A stretch of DNA of 32,000 nt, taken from the NCBI GenBank assembly GCA_942493095.1, contig OW818675.1, positions 2,070,001-2,102,000 of the forward strand, written 5' to 3'. This DNA is from Candidatus Electronema halotolerans (lineage in GTDB: Bacteria > Desulfobacterota > Desulfobulbia > Desulfobulbales > Desulfobulbaceae). Shown one piece after another: positions 8,843-17,180 of this stretch (its first letter is position 1; each line of letters begins with the position of its first letter). The position numbers and the translations under genes are program-made. The notes under the pieces are model-generated. The model made no database searches. It was not told where the DNA came from and saw nothing but the letters and a program-made list of their open reading frames with translations.

Positions 8843-10810
8843 TCAAGCGTATTGCTCTTTCAAGCGGGCCAGCAACTTGCCGACATGAATGTCCGGCGGG
8901 TTGAGCGGCCCCCAGTCCACCGTGGTGTGGGCACTGTGATCCGGGTCAATGACATTGCGCAGTCGCTGCTCTTGGTCATACCAACGCCGCTTGTCTGAGC
9001 CGTCCGGGCAGGAGGCAGCCCCTGTGTCGCCCCAGCGCAGCTCAGGGCAATGGTAAGGATCAAAGGAGAGCTTGAAGAGCCTGTCCATGAGGTCGCCTAA
9101 ATTCAGCGTCACCTTTGCGCCAGCGGAATTACTGTAGCGGATTTGCATGCTGGCAGTGCTTGTCTGCCAGATAGCATCGTATTCCCGCACCAAGGTGCTG
9201 ACACTGCCGCTGAACTCGTAAGGATGATTGCCACCAGCAACTGCTGTGACGCTCTGCGTGATCAGGTTGCACAGCCCGCGAATCTGGGCCTTGAGACGCG
9301 CATCCCGGCCCGGCGTGGAATAAGACTCCCACTCGCCGTCTGCGCCGTAAATATTGTAGGGCAGGCTGGACGGATGCGCTTTCCTGTCAATGCCTTGAGC
9401 AATTGCCGCTTCCACTGAGGCCACCCGCTCCTGCAAGGCTTCGTCCAAGGCGGCCAGCTGCTGCCGCAGCTCGTGAACCGGATCAATCCTGCCGCTGCCT
9501 GTGGCCAGCATCCGCTTGACCCATTGATGATAGTTGAGATCAAGGCCGTCAACATGATAGCTGGACTGGCACTGACTCTGGCTGCTGTCAAAAAAGCGTG
9601 AATTGCGGTTCGAGGTCAGAGTGAAGCTGCCGCTGCTGCTCACTTCCTGATGCCGCCACTTGCGGAAGCCGCCGCCCTGCTTGCAATAGCCCCGCGACAG
9701 ATATTCGCCAAAGCGTTTGCTGGTCAGGCTGTTGTCCGGGTGGGCATCAACAAAGCGGACTGCACCGTCAGCCTCCACTTTTGAAACCACCAAGAGATGA
9801 CCGTTGGCATCATAGTAAATAGTGCCGGGAACGATGCTTTCACGATTCACCTGACAGAGGTAGGTGTCGGTCTTCTCCGTGGTCCAGAAGAAACGGAAAA
9901 ATCCGCTGTGGATGCTGTTGGAAATTGCTCTGGCCAAGGAGGCGAAACTGGAATACTGGAGAAAGGAGCTGCGCTTGCCCGGCTTGTTGTTATTGGTATA
10001 GCGCCCGCCGGAAATCGTCACGTTGAAGGAAAATGGCAGCCGTTTTTTATAGCTGAAATAGGCCCGCAGGAGATATGGCAGGTCGGCGCAGTCGCAATAG
10101 ATGGAATTGTTGCGATCTTCGTCCGAATAGAGACTGTTGCCCGCAGGATTGCGCAGACAGGCGGCTAACGAGCCTTTCCGGTCAGCAAAAAGCTGCTCCA
10201 CCCAGCGGGAATATTCCGCTTCATAACTGTCGCTCCACTGATGCCGGGCCGTCCAAGCCGCGCCTGCGCCGCCAACGCTGATTTCCCCGCCGGGATTGCC
10301 CGGAGGCTCAACAGGAGGAGGATTGCCGCCAGGATTGACTGCTGCCGCAGTGAGTTCCCGCCATGTTCTGCCGCCCACGTCAATTCTGCCGTCCGGGCGG
10401 GAGAGAAAGCCCTGCTGAAAATCCTGAATCGCGGCAATCAGTTCGGCGGAAACCTGATCACTGACCGGCAGCGGGCTGCTAATTTTGTTGAACAAGGCAT
10501 AAACAATGCGGACATCCTGCGGACGATTTTGCCCGCCTTCGCCGACAGAGCCAGTGATTTCACTGCCGGAACCTTCTACAGCGGCGGTGAGTTCCCGCCA
10601 CGTTCTGCCGCCCACATCAATTCTGCCGTCCGGGCGGGAGAGAAAGCCCTGCTGAAAATCCCGAATCGCGGCAATCAGTTCGGCGGAAACTTGATCACTG
10701 ACGGCCAGCGGACTGCTGCGAGTCTTGTTGAAGAGCGCATAGACTGTGCGCACATCCTCGGCCCGGTTCTGGCCGCCCTCACCCACTGAACCACTGATGG
10801 AAACTGGCAT
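8843..10810 (-). CDS. Two N-terminal peptidoglycan-binding-like repeats plus a papain/transglutaminase-like cysteine region
   Basis: Two 71-aa repeats of 'GSVGEGGQNR.(D)VR.VYALFNK...PL.VSDQVSAELIAAI.DFQ.GFLSRPDGRIDVGGRTWRELTAA' followed by a Pro/Gly linker, then 'YCDCADLPYLLRAYFSYKK...NGHLLVVSKV...VRFVDAHPDN'. No signal peptide. Confidence 0.75.
   Translation of the reverse strand: MPVSISGSVGEGGQNRAEDVRTVYALFNKTRSSPLAVSDQVSAELIAAIRDFQQGFLSRPDGRIDVGGRTWRELTAAVEGSGSEITGSVGEGGQNRPQDVRIVYALFNKISSPLPVSDQVSAELIAAIQDFQQGFLSRPDGRIDVGGRTWRELTAAAVNPGGNPPPVEPPGNPGGEISVGGAGAAWTARHQWSDSYEAEYSRWVEQLFADRKGSLAACLRNPAGNSLYSDEDRNNSIYCDCADLPYLLRAYFSYKKRLPFSFNVTISGGRYTNNNKPGKRSSFLQYSSFASLARAISNSIHSGFFRFFWTTEKTDTYLCQVNRESIVPGTIYYDANGHLLVVSKVEADGAVRFVDAHPDNSLTSKRFGEYLSRGYCKQGGGFRKWRHQEVSSSGSFTLTSNRNSRFFDSSQSQCQSSYHVDGLDLNYHQWVKRMLATGSGRIDPVHELRQQLAALDEALQERVASVEAAIAQGIDRKAHPSSLPYNIYGADGEWESYSTPGRDARLKAQIRGLCNLITQSVTAVAGGNHPYEFSGSVSTLVREYDAIWQTSTASMQIRYSNSAGAKVTLNLGDLMDRLFKLSFDPYHCPELRWGDTGAASCPDGSDKRRWYDQEQRLRNVIDPDHSAHTTVDWGPLNPPDIHVGKLLARLKEQYA
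10340..10792 (-). repeat. Two tandem 213-bp copies of the GSVGxGGxN repeat domain in the 655-aa protein
   Basis: Copies at 10580-10792 and 10340-10552, nearly identical at both DNA and protein level. Confidence 0.9.
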
Positions 10811-10834
10811 GTTCTCCTCCTGTTGATCTGCTTT

Positions 10835-11248
10835 TTATTCGCCAATTCGGCCAAGCTGAAACTGCTGGAGCTGTTCCGTCAACCTGCCCTGTTCATCCCG
10901 GTATTCGACAATCAGCCCAACCAGCTCCTCTGCCCCTGTTTCTGGAACAAGCTCGCGGCAGTCTGAGGAATAATATTCCTGCCCGGCAATGGGCGAATAA
11001 TCCGCCTCGCCGAGCAGCACCTCCACTTCAGCGCGGGCCATGCCTTTGCGCAGATGCTTGACCAGCATGGCAAGACTGGCATAATCTTTTTTGGCCTTGT
11101 AGCTGCTGCTTGCCTCCTGCGGCTCTTGCGCATGACAGGCGCAGGCCGCCAGCAGGAGCATGGCCAGATAAAGCAGGCGCAGCAGCCAGCGGCTATGGTC
11201 TGGCAAAGCTGAATCCCCACTGTTTGAGCTGGTTGATGAAATCATCAA
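10835..11248 (-). CDS. Small putative lipoprotein with SmpA/BamE-like motif
   Basis: 'LLRLLYLAMLLLAACACHAQ' ends in a lipobox (LAAC). 'LRKGMARAEVEVLLGEADYS' resembles the BamE/SmpA fold motif. The exact start is uncertain; the 5' end overlaps the upstream ORF. Confidence 0.6.
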   Translation of the reverse strand: MMISSTSSNSGDSALPDHSRWLLRLLYLAMLLLAACACHAQEPQEASSSYKAKKDYASLAMLVKHLRKGMARAEVEVLLGEADYSPIAGQEYYSSDCRELVPETGAEELVGLIVEYRDEQGRLTEQLQQFQLGRIGE

Positions 11249-12257
11249 GATCGTCGGCAGTGTCTGGCAGGACGTGTATCAGGACCATGAATTCGCGCTG
11301 ATGCTGTTTCCTCGCAAACTCGCGTTCAACCATGTTCCGTTTGCTGGGGCCGATGCCTTTGGGCGATTTCCAGTCCTCGGTGTCTATGTCCCAATTTTCG
11401 ATGCTCAGGGACAGTTCCGCTGCGACTGCTGCTAATTCAGGATCATAAGGCCGCCAGCCGCCTGCGCCATAAGGCGGACGAATCTTTGTTGGTGTCACTC
11501 CGGCAGCCTTTCTGATGCTTTCCTGCGTTTTCTCCAGCTCCTTCCGCACCGCCGCTTTGGACAAATTGGCCAAATTCGGATGGGTGTAAGAATGATTCTG
11601 CACCTTGTGCCCCTGCTCGGCAATCTCTTTCACCGCTGCCGGATTGCTGTCAACTTCCTGGCCAAGAACGTAAAATTCCGCCTTGATGCCGTGACGGGCC
11701 AAGGTGCTGAGAATGGAGCGCAGGGCATTGGTTGGCGCGGGGCCGTCATCAAAGGAGAGCGTGACAGCCTTGCCGCTTCCTCCTGCCGGAGTTGTCAGCC
11801 GCCGCCATGTGCCGCCGCCCACATCAATTCTGCCGTCAGGATGGGACATGAAGGTTTTCTGCAAATCCCTGATCGCCTGCAGCAGCTCGTCTGAGACCTG
11901 ATCGCTGAATGCCAGCGGTCGTGACAGAATTTTATTGAACAGGGCATAGATCAGCCGCACATCCTGCGGGCGGTTCTGGCCGCCCTGCCCTACTGAGCCG
12001 CTGAGTTCCTCAGTTTCCGGTCGTTCCGCCGCCGCAGTGAGTTCCCGCCACGTCCTGCCGTTGACATCAATCCTGCCGTCAGGATGCGAGAGAAAGCCTT
12101 TCTGGAAATCCAGAATCGCCTGAAGCAGCGCATCAGTGACTTGGCTGCTGACTGGCAGAGCTGTGGATAAAATTTTGTTGAACAGTTCATAAACTGTCCG
12201 CACATCTTCGGCATTGTTGATGCCGCCCTGCCCGACTGAGCCGGTAAGAGATGCCAT
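11193..12257 (-). CDS. Polysaccharide (NodB) deacetylase with two N-terminal peptidoglycan-binding-like repeats
   Basis: Two copies of the GSVGxGGxN repeat, then the NodB motifs 'VTLSFDDGPAP', 'GHKVQNHSYTHPNL' and 'KIRPPYGAGGWRPYD'. No signal peptide. Confidence 0.88.
   Translation of the reverse strand: MASLTGSVGQGGINNAEDVRTVYELFNKILSTALPVSSQVTDALLQAILDFQKGFLSHPDGRIDVNGRTWRELTAAAERPETEELSGSVGQGGQNRPQDVRLIYALFNKILSRPLAFSDQVSDELLQAIRDLQKTFMSHPDGRIDVGGGTWRRLTTPAGGSGKAVTLSFDDGPAPTNALRSILSTLARHGIKAEFYVLGQEVDSNPAAVKEIAEQGHKVQNHSYTHPNLANLSKAAVRKELEKTQESIRKAAGVTPTKIRPPYGAGGWRPYDPELAAVAAELSLSIENWDIDTEDWKSPKGIGPSKRNMVEREFARKQHQREFMVLIHVLPDTADDLDDFINQLKQWGFSFARP
11787..12242 (-). repeat. Two tandem 213-bp copies of the same repeat domain in the deacetylase
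   Basis: Copies at 12030-12242 and 11787-11999, more diverged than the pair in the 655-aa gene. Confidence 0.88.
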
Positions 12258-12305
12258 TGTCTTCCTCCTTTCCAGATGACAGCTTGCAAATATAGCAAGA
12301 TGGTA

Positions 12306-13352
12306 TCACATCAAGCCTGAATTGCAAGCAAATTTTTCATGGGCAGCGTGTTGTTCCGCCTCGTTCTGCCACAGCCAGCGCACCAGCCGGTTCAATCCCT
12401 CTTCCGTTGAGACCTGTTCTTGGTAGCCAAGCAGGGTTTCCGCCTGCTTGCGGCTGAACCAGTGCGACATGGCGAGCTGTTCAGCAAGGAAACGGGTCAT
12501 TTTCGGCTCACGCTCGATCTTCAAAGCAGCGTATATTTTTTCCAGCAGCCAGCCGACTGCCTTAGCCTTGCCGAGGCTGATTTGCTTGCTCACGGGCGGC
12601 ACGTCCATGCGGGCGAAAAGGTCGTTGATCCACGGCCAGAGCCGCACCGGCTCCTGCTGACCGATGAAAAAGGCTTTGCCTGCGGCAGTGCCGCTGTTGC
12701 GCAGGTTTTTTTCCGCCAGCAGATGGGCATGAACCACGTTGTCAATATAACTAATATCGACTTGGTTGCTGCCCTTGCCGACAATGCGCAGGCTGCCCTC
12801 CCGGCTTCGTGCCAGCAGACGAGGAATCAAGTTGCTGTCGCCCGGCCCCCAGACCAGATGCGGGCGGATGGCCGCTGTGCGCAGGTGGTCATTGCTGGCT
12901 TGCAGCACTTCCTGCTCGGCAATGATTTTGGTGGCGGCGTAATGGCAGAGCGGCTTGGAGGAATAGGGCAAAGACTCGTCCGCGCCTTCGAGATCATGGC
13001 CGTCAAAGACTACGGAAGGCGTGGAGGTATAGACCAAGACCGGCACCTGCTGCGCAGCACAGGCAGAGAGAACGTTGCGGGTGCCAAGGACATTGATGCC
13101 GTGATATTCAGCCAGCCCACCCCAGATTCCGGCTTTGGCCGCGACATGAAAGACAGTTTCGCAGCCTGCCGCCGCCCTGCTGACTGCCGCCTCGTCGCGG
13201 ATGTCGCCTTGCACGCAGACTGCGCCGACCTCTTCAGCAGCAGGATAGCGGTTTCTGCCGAAAACGCGGACTTCCCGGCCTTGGCGGCGCAGTTCACGCA
13301 CTAAGGCCAGGCCGATGAAGCCGCCGCCGCCCGTGACTAAAATTTTGTTCAT
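12306..13352 (-). CDS. NAD-dependent epimerase / 3-beta-hydroxysteroid dehydrogenase family SDR
   Basis: 'MNKILVTGGGGFIGLALVRELRRQGREVRVFGRN', 'VYTSTPSVVFDG', 'YAATKIIAEQ', 'RPHLVWGPGD'. The likely start is the internal Met at 13352, not 13409. Confidence 0.87.
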   Translation of the reverse strand: MNKILVTGGGGFIGLALVRELRRQGREVRVFGRNRYPAAEEVGAVCVQGDIRDEAAVSRAAAGCETVFHVAAKAGIWGGLAEYHGINVLGTRNVLSACAAQQVPVLVYTSTPSVVFDGHDLEGADESLPYSSKPLCHYAATKIIAEQEVLQASNDHLRTAAIRPHLVWGPGDSNLIPRLLARSREGSLRIVGKGSNQVDISYIDNVVHAHLLAEKNLRNSGTAAGKAFFIGQQEPVRLWPWINDLFARMDVPPVSKQISLGKAKAVGWLLEKIYAALKIEREPKMTRFLAEQLAMSHWFSRKQAETLLGYQEQVSTEEGLNRLVRWLWQNEAEQHAAHEKFACNSGLM

Positions 13353-13469
13353 CTCAGAGCGGGCTTGTTCTGTGTTGATGGCAAGGGCGAGCGGGACATT
13401 TCGCGCCAAGGTTGCGGCAAGACAGAGGCCTGCACTTGGAACTTGAATTCACCTTGACTGTATTGATCG

Positions 13470-14483
13470 TCATTTTAAATGATAACGATCACATATGGCT
13501 GCTTCATTTGAATTACATGCTTTTTTGTATGTTTTACAAAATATACTATAGTCAGTCAAAAAATTATTTCTATTTACAGCATGATAACGACAAAGATAGC
13601 AGTTTCTAATAGGAACGAGTTTCTGCTGGGCGATATGTACTTGCTCAATAAACAAAGAACCTCGTACTAAACCATTAATCTCTAAGTAATCATCATGATG
13701 GTGATCTCTGATTAGATTAACGTAGACAATTTTTTTGTCATTTTTTTGAATATAAGTATGAATACTACTCAATGTTCCATGATCAAGGTATGCCTTTCCT
13801 GAAACATAAACGTAAAACGCAAAATACATCTTTTTTGCACATCGACACTGGCTATCCGGCACCGCTTTTACCTGCGGAGAAAATCCTATGAACTTAGAAT
13901 GTTTACTGCTTATTTTTGCGGATTTTATCTCTTCCACATCCTCATCTTTTTCTATGGAAATTTCTATTATCCTTTTTCCTGAATGGATTTTTTTCTCAGA
14001 AAGAAAATGAGATACGGCTACTTCAATGTATATAACATCACCGGGTCTCGTTACACTATGTAACGAAATATCTGGAATAAATTGACCGTCTCGACTCTCA
14101 ATATTTATTTCTGTATAATATTTAGTTAAGTCGTATCTTTGGGTATATTCCCCAATGTTGCATGTTCGGCAAGTTATCTTTTTATATTTATCACAAATTT
14201 TCGGCTCATTTAATTCTATTAAAAAAGGATTTCCATTTTTTAGGCATTCTTCATAAGTTTCCTTAAAAACCTGCTTGGCAAGACGATGCAGATAGGTTTC
14301 ACCATTACATTCAACCTGCGCTTTATGACTGAAATGAGGCTGTCGTATCTCACCATTCACACGAGCAATAAGCAACTGTCCGCATGATAAACAGGTATAT
14401 TTGTCAGCAATCTTTTCCCCAGCTAAAGATTCTGCTGTCACTACTTCACCTGAAGAATTCAGGGCATACCTATAACGAATCAT
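13470..14483 (-). CDS. CoiA-like competence/nuclease family protein
   Basis: N-terminal 'YTCLSCGQLLIARVNGEIRQPHFSHKAQ' zinc-finger-like region, then 'CNGETYLHRLAKQVF' and a PD-(D/E)xK-like 'FIPDISLHS....DVIYIEVAVSH'. It lies in an AT-rich segment. Confidence 0.65.
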   Translation of the reverse strand: MIRYRYALNSSGEVVTAESLAGEKIADKYTCLSCGQLLIARVNGEIRQPHFSHKAQVECNGETYLHRLAKQVFKETYEECLKNGNPFLIELNEPKICDKYKKITCRTCNIGEYTQRYDLTKYYTEINIESRDGQFIPDISLHSVTRPGDVIYIEVAVSHFLSEKKIHSGKRIIEISIEKDEDVEEIKSAKISSKHSKFIGFSPQVKAVPDSQCRCAKKMYFAFYVYVSGKAYLDHGTLSSIHTYIQKNDKKIVYVNLIRDHHHDDYLEINGLVRGSLFIEQVHIAQQKLVPIRNCYLCRYHAVNRNNFLTDYSIFCKTYKKACNSNEAAICDRYHLK

Positions 14484-14603
14484 ATTAACTGAGTCATGTA
14501 AAGTACGGCATCCCGCACCAGAAAAAGATGGAATGCACCCTGCCGGTCAGGCCGCTTTAGGATAGCATATCAAAACAAAGAACATCCCGCACTCATTTTT
14601 TGC

Positions 14604-14903
14604 TTACGCCATCCTCTGCGAATCCACATACCGCTGAAGAATATCGTTCAGCTTGTCCTGCCAGCCTTTGCCGCAGCTTCTGAAGAACGAAACAACTTCA
14701 TGATTAAGACTGAGCGTGACGCGCTCCCGGCTCGGCATCTCTTGCCCTGCCGGACGCATCCTGCTGATTTCCTCTTCCTCCAAGGGAGGATTGTCTGGAT
14801 CAGACAAGGCGGCATTGGTCAGCTCCTCATCAGTCATGGCATCAACTTTATCCCAATCTGTTGCTGAACGCATTTTCTTCAATTCATCCGCAGTGCAGGT
14901 CAC
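14604..14903 (-). CDS. BrnA-like (DUF4415) antitoxin, apparently orphan
   Basis: C-terminal 'RERVTLSLNHEVVSFFRSCGKGWQDKLNDILQRYVDSQ' matches the BrnA ribbon-helix-helix pattern. The start is a GTG. Confidence 0.7.
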   Translation of the reverse strand: MTCTADELKKMRSATDWDKVDAMTDEELTNAALSDPDNPPLEEEEISRMRPAGQEMPSRERVTLSLNHEVVSFFRSCGKGWQDKLNDILQRYVDSQRMA

Positions 14904-15024
14904 AGTGTGTAATTTTACACGTTTCTGCCGTCTTTCTCACGTCCAATATTGGAACTCTGGAACAGCAGAGCGGAAGAACTGCATCAACCGCACGGGCAGA
15001 CCCTTGCCTGCCCGTGCCGCATCC

Positions 15025-16107
15025 TCAGCCGTTCTGCTTGGCGAAATCCGCCATGAACGCAACTAACTTCTCCACACCCTCCAGCGGGAAGGCATTGTAG
15101 ATCGAAGCCCGGCAGCCGCCCACAGAACGATGGCCCTTCAGGCCGTCCAAGCCGACCGCAGCTGCCTCTTTGACAAACTTGGCCTCCAGCTCGGCAGTCG
15201 GCAGATTGAAAGCAATATTCATCAGCGAGCGGCAGTCCTTCTCCGCATGACCCCGGTAAAAATCGGTCGCGTCAATCGCCTGATAAACCAAGGCCGCCTT
15301 TTCCTCATTGCGCCGCTCCATTGCCGCCAAACCACCTTGTTCTTTCAGCCAGCGCATGACCAAGCCAACACAGTAAATCGGAAAAGTCGGCGGCGTGTTG
15401 AACATGGAACCCTTGTCCGCATGGGTTTTGTAGCGCAGCATTGACGGCACATTGGCCGGGCAGCGGTCCAGCAGGTCCTCGCGGATGATGACAATGGTCA
15501 CGCCTGCTGGCCCCATGTTCTTCTGCGCTCCGGCGTAAATGATGCCGAACTTGGAGACATCCACAGGCCGCGACATGATATCTGAGGACATGTCGCTGAC
15601 CAGCATGCAGCTCTTGTCTGGGAACTTGGGAAAGCGGGTGCCGTAAATGGTGTTGTTCGAGCAGAAGTGCAAATACTCGGAATCAGCAGCGACCTCGTAC
15701 TCATCCTCTGTCGGCACATGCTTAAACAGATTCGGCTCATCTGTGTAAGCCACCTCAATCTGGCCGAAGAGCTTGGCCTCTTTGATCGCCTTCTTTGCCC
15801 AGACACCGGTGTTCAGATAGGTTGCTTTCTTGCCCGGCCCCAGCAGGTTCATCGGCGCCATGAAAAATTGGGATGAAGCCCCGCCTTGGAGAAAGAGCAC
15901 CTTGTAGTTGTCCGGCACGGCCAGCAGCTCGCGGATCAGGGCCTCGGCCTCATCGGTCACAGCCATGAAGTCCTTGGACCGATGGCTCGTCTCGATCAGG
16001 CCCATGCCCTTGTCCTTGAAATTGACAATGTCACGGGCCGCCTGCTCCAGCACGGGATAGGGCAGCACGGCTGGGCCGGGGCTGAAGTTGAAGATTCTTT
16101 CTGGCAT
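15025..16107 (-). CDS. serC: Phosphoserine aminotransferase
   Basis: 'MPERIFNFSPGPAVLPYPVLEQA', 'MGLIETSHRSKDFMAV', 'YAGAQKNMGPAGVTIVIIREDL'. Confidence 0.96.
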   Translation of the reverse strand: MPERIFNFSPGPAVLPYPVLEQAARDIVNFKDKGMGLIETSHRSKDFMAVTDEAEALIRELLAVPDNYKVLFLQGGASSQFFMAPMNLLGPGKKATYLNTGVWAKKAIKEAKLFGQIEVAYTDEPNLFKHVPTEDEYEVAADSEYLHFCSNNTIYGTRFPKFPDKSCMLVSDMSSDIMSRPVDVSKFGIIYAGAQKNMGPAGVTIVIIREDLLDRCPANVPSMLRYKTHADKGSMFNTPPTFPIYCVGLVMRWLKEQGGLAAMERRNEEKAALVYQAIDATDFYRGHAEKDCRSLMNIAFNLPTAELEAKFVKEAAAVGLDGLKGHRSVGGCRASIYNAFPLEGVEKLVAFMADFAKQNG

Positions 16108-16197
16108 GTTGATATGATTCTCCTCTGAGAAAGAAAGGATTTGATGCGGACAGAGGCGAAAGAATTTCGATTCTGCCGCAATATCTTTGCAAATGAA

Positions 16198-16704
16198 TCA
16201 GATGCCGCTGTTTTGCTGCCGCAACGCCTCATACAGCACGATTCCGGCACTCATGGCCAGATTGAGGCTGCGGATGTACGGATTGGTCATCGGAATGGTA
16301 TAACAGCGGTCGCTGTGCAGCGCAAGCATTTCTTCTGGCAGTCCCTTGGTTTCCCGACCGAAAATAAGAAAGTCGCCCGACTGGAAGGCCGCCTGCCAGT
16401 AGGGCCGCTCAACTTTGGTGGTGAAAAGGAAGAGCCTGCGCTTGTTCTGCTCGGCAAGGAAGGCGGCCAAGTTTGGCCAGTGCTGGATGCGCACCTGCGG
16501 CCAGTAGTCCAGCCCGGCCCGCTTCAGGTGCTTGTCATCGGTGCTGAAACCGAGCGGATGAACAAGATGCAGCACTGAGTCTGTGGCGCCGCAGAGCCGG
16601 GCCACTGAGCCGGTGTTGGGCGGAATCTCCGGCTCAATCAGAACAATGTTGAAAGGAAGTGCGGACATAATCATTGCCTTCTGCTGCGGTGCATCTTCTG
16701 CCAT
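16198..16704 (-). CDS. trmL: tRNA (cytidine(34)-2'-O)-methyltransferase, SPOUT family
   Basis: 'NIVLIEPEIPPNTGSVARLCGAT', 'LIFGRETKGLPEEML', 'IPMTNPYIRSLNLAMSAGIVLYEALRQ'. The start may be at the internal Met near 16668. Confidence 0.92.
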   Translation of the reverse strand: MAEDAPQQKAMIMSALPFNIVLIEPEIPPNTGSVARLCGATDSVLHLVHPLGFSTDDKHLKRAGLDYWPQVRIQHWPNLAAFLAEQNKRRLFLFTTKVERPYWQAAFQSGDFLIFGRETKGLPEEMLALHSDRCYTIPMTNPYIRSLNLAMSAGIVLYEALRQQNSGI

Positions 16705-17180
16705 AAGCGGAACAAGGCCTGCCTGGCCTCCACGTCTTCCACTCCCTCAGTCAATTCCTTAAAAGCCTGTTCCGCTTCAGGATCAATACTGACCGGCGGC
16801 AACGGTGGCGGCTTCTCTGGCGGCGGGCTGGGAAAATCCGCAGGCTGGAGCATCCAGCGCAGGTCCCCAACCCTCGGCCCGTTATATTGTTCCAGAAATT
16901 CATTGATCTTGGCCAGCAGCTTCAGCTTGGCAAACTGCATCTGCTGAATCCAGATGGCATGTTTGCTGTAGATCCACAGTTCATCCCGGCGGAAAAAGGC
17001 TGGCAGGCTGTGATTGGCATAGACGCTGCCGACCAAGTCCGGCCAGCGGCGGGTCAGGCCGGGCAGATACCGCTGCCGTCCCCATTCCGCCGGGTCAAGG
17101 GCTGACTTCATGCTCTCAGCCAGCGGCTTGAGCCTGCTGCCGTCGTTCCCGTGCCCCGGCATTTCAGGCGGCAATGGCAA
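16671..17180 (-). CDS. DUF721 (DciA-like) family protein
   Basis: 'WPDLVGSVYANHSLPAFFRRDELWIYSKHAIWIQQMQFAKLKLLAKIN' matches the DUF721 pattern. Confidence 0.7.
   Translation of the reverse strand: MPLPPEMPGHGNDGSRLKPLAESMKSALDPAEWGRQRYLPGLTRRWPDLVGSVYANHSLPAFFRRDELWIYSKHAIWIQQMQFAKLKLLAKINEFLEQYNGPRVGDLRWMLQPADFPSPPPEKPPPLPPVSIDPEAEQAFKELTEGVEDVEARQALFRLWQKMHRSRRQ

Noticed and set aside
13465-13490. Palindrome GATCGTCATTTTAAATGATAACGATC at the CoiA-like gene 3' end as a Fur-type box
   Set aside because: It overlaps the gene's stop codon rather than a promoter, matches the Fur consensus poorly, and no iron-related gene is adjacent.
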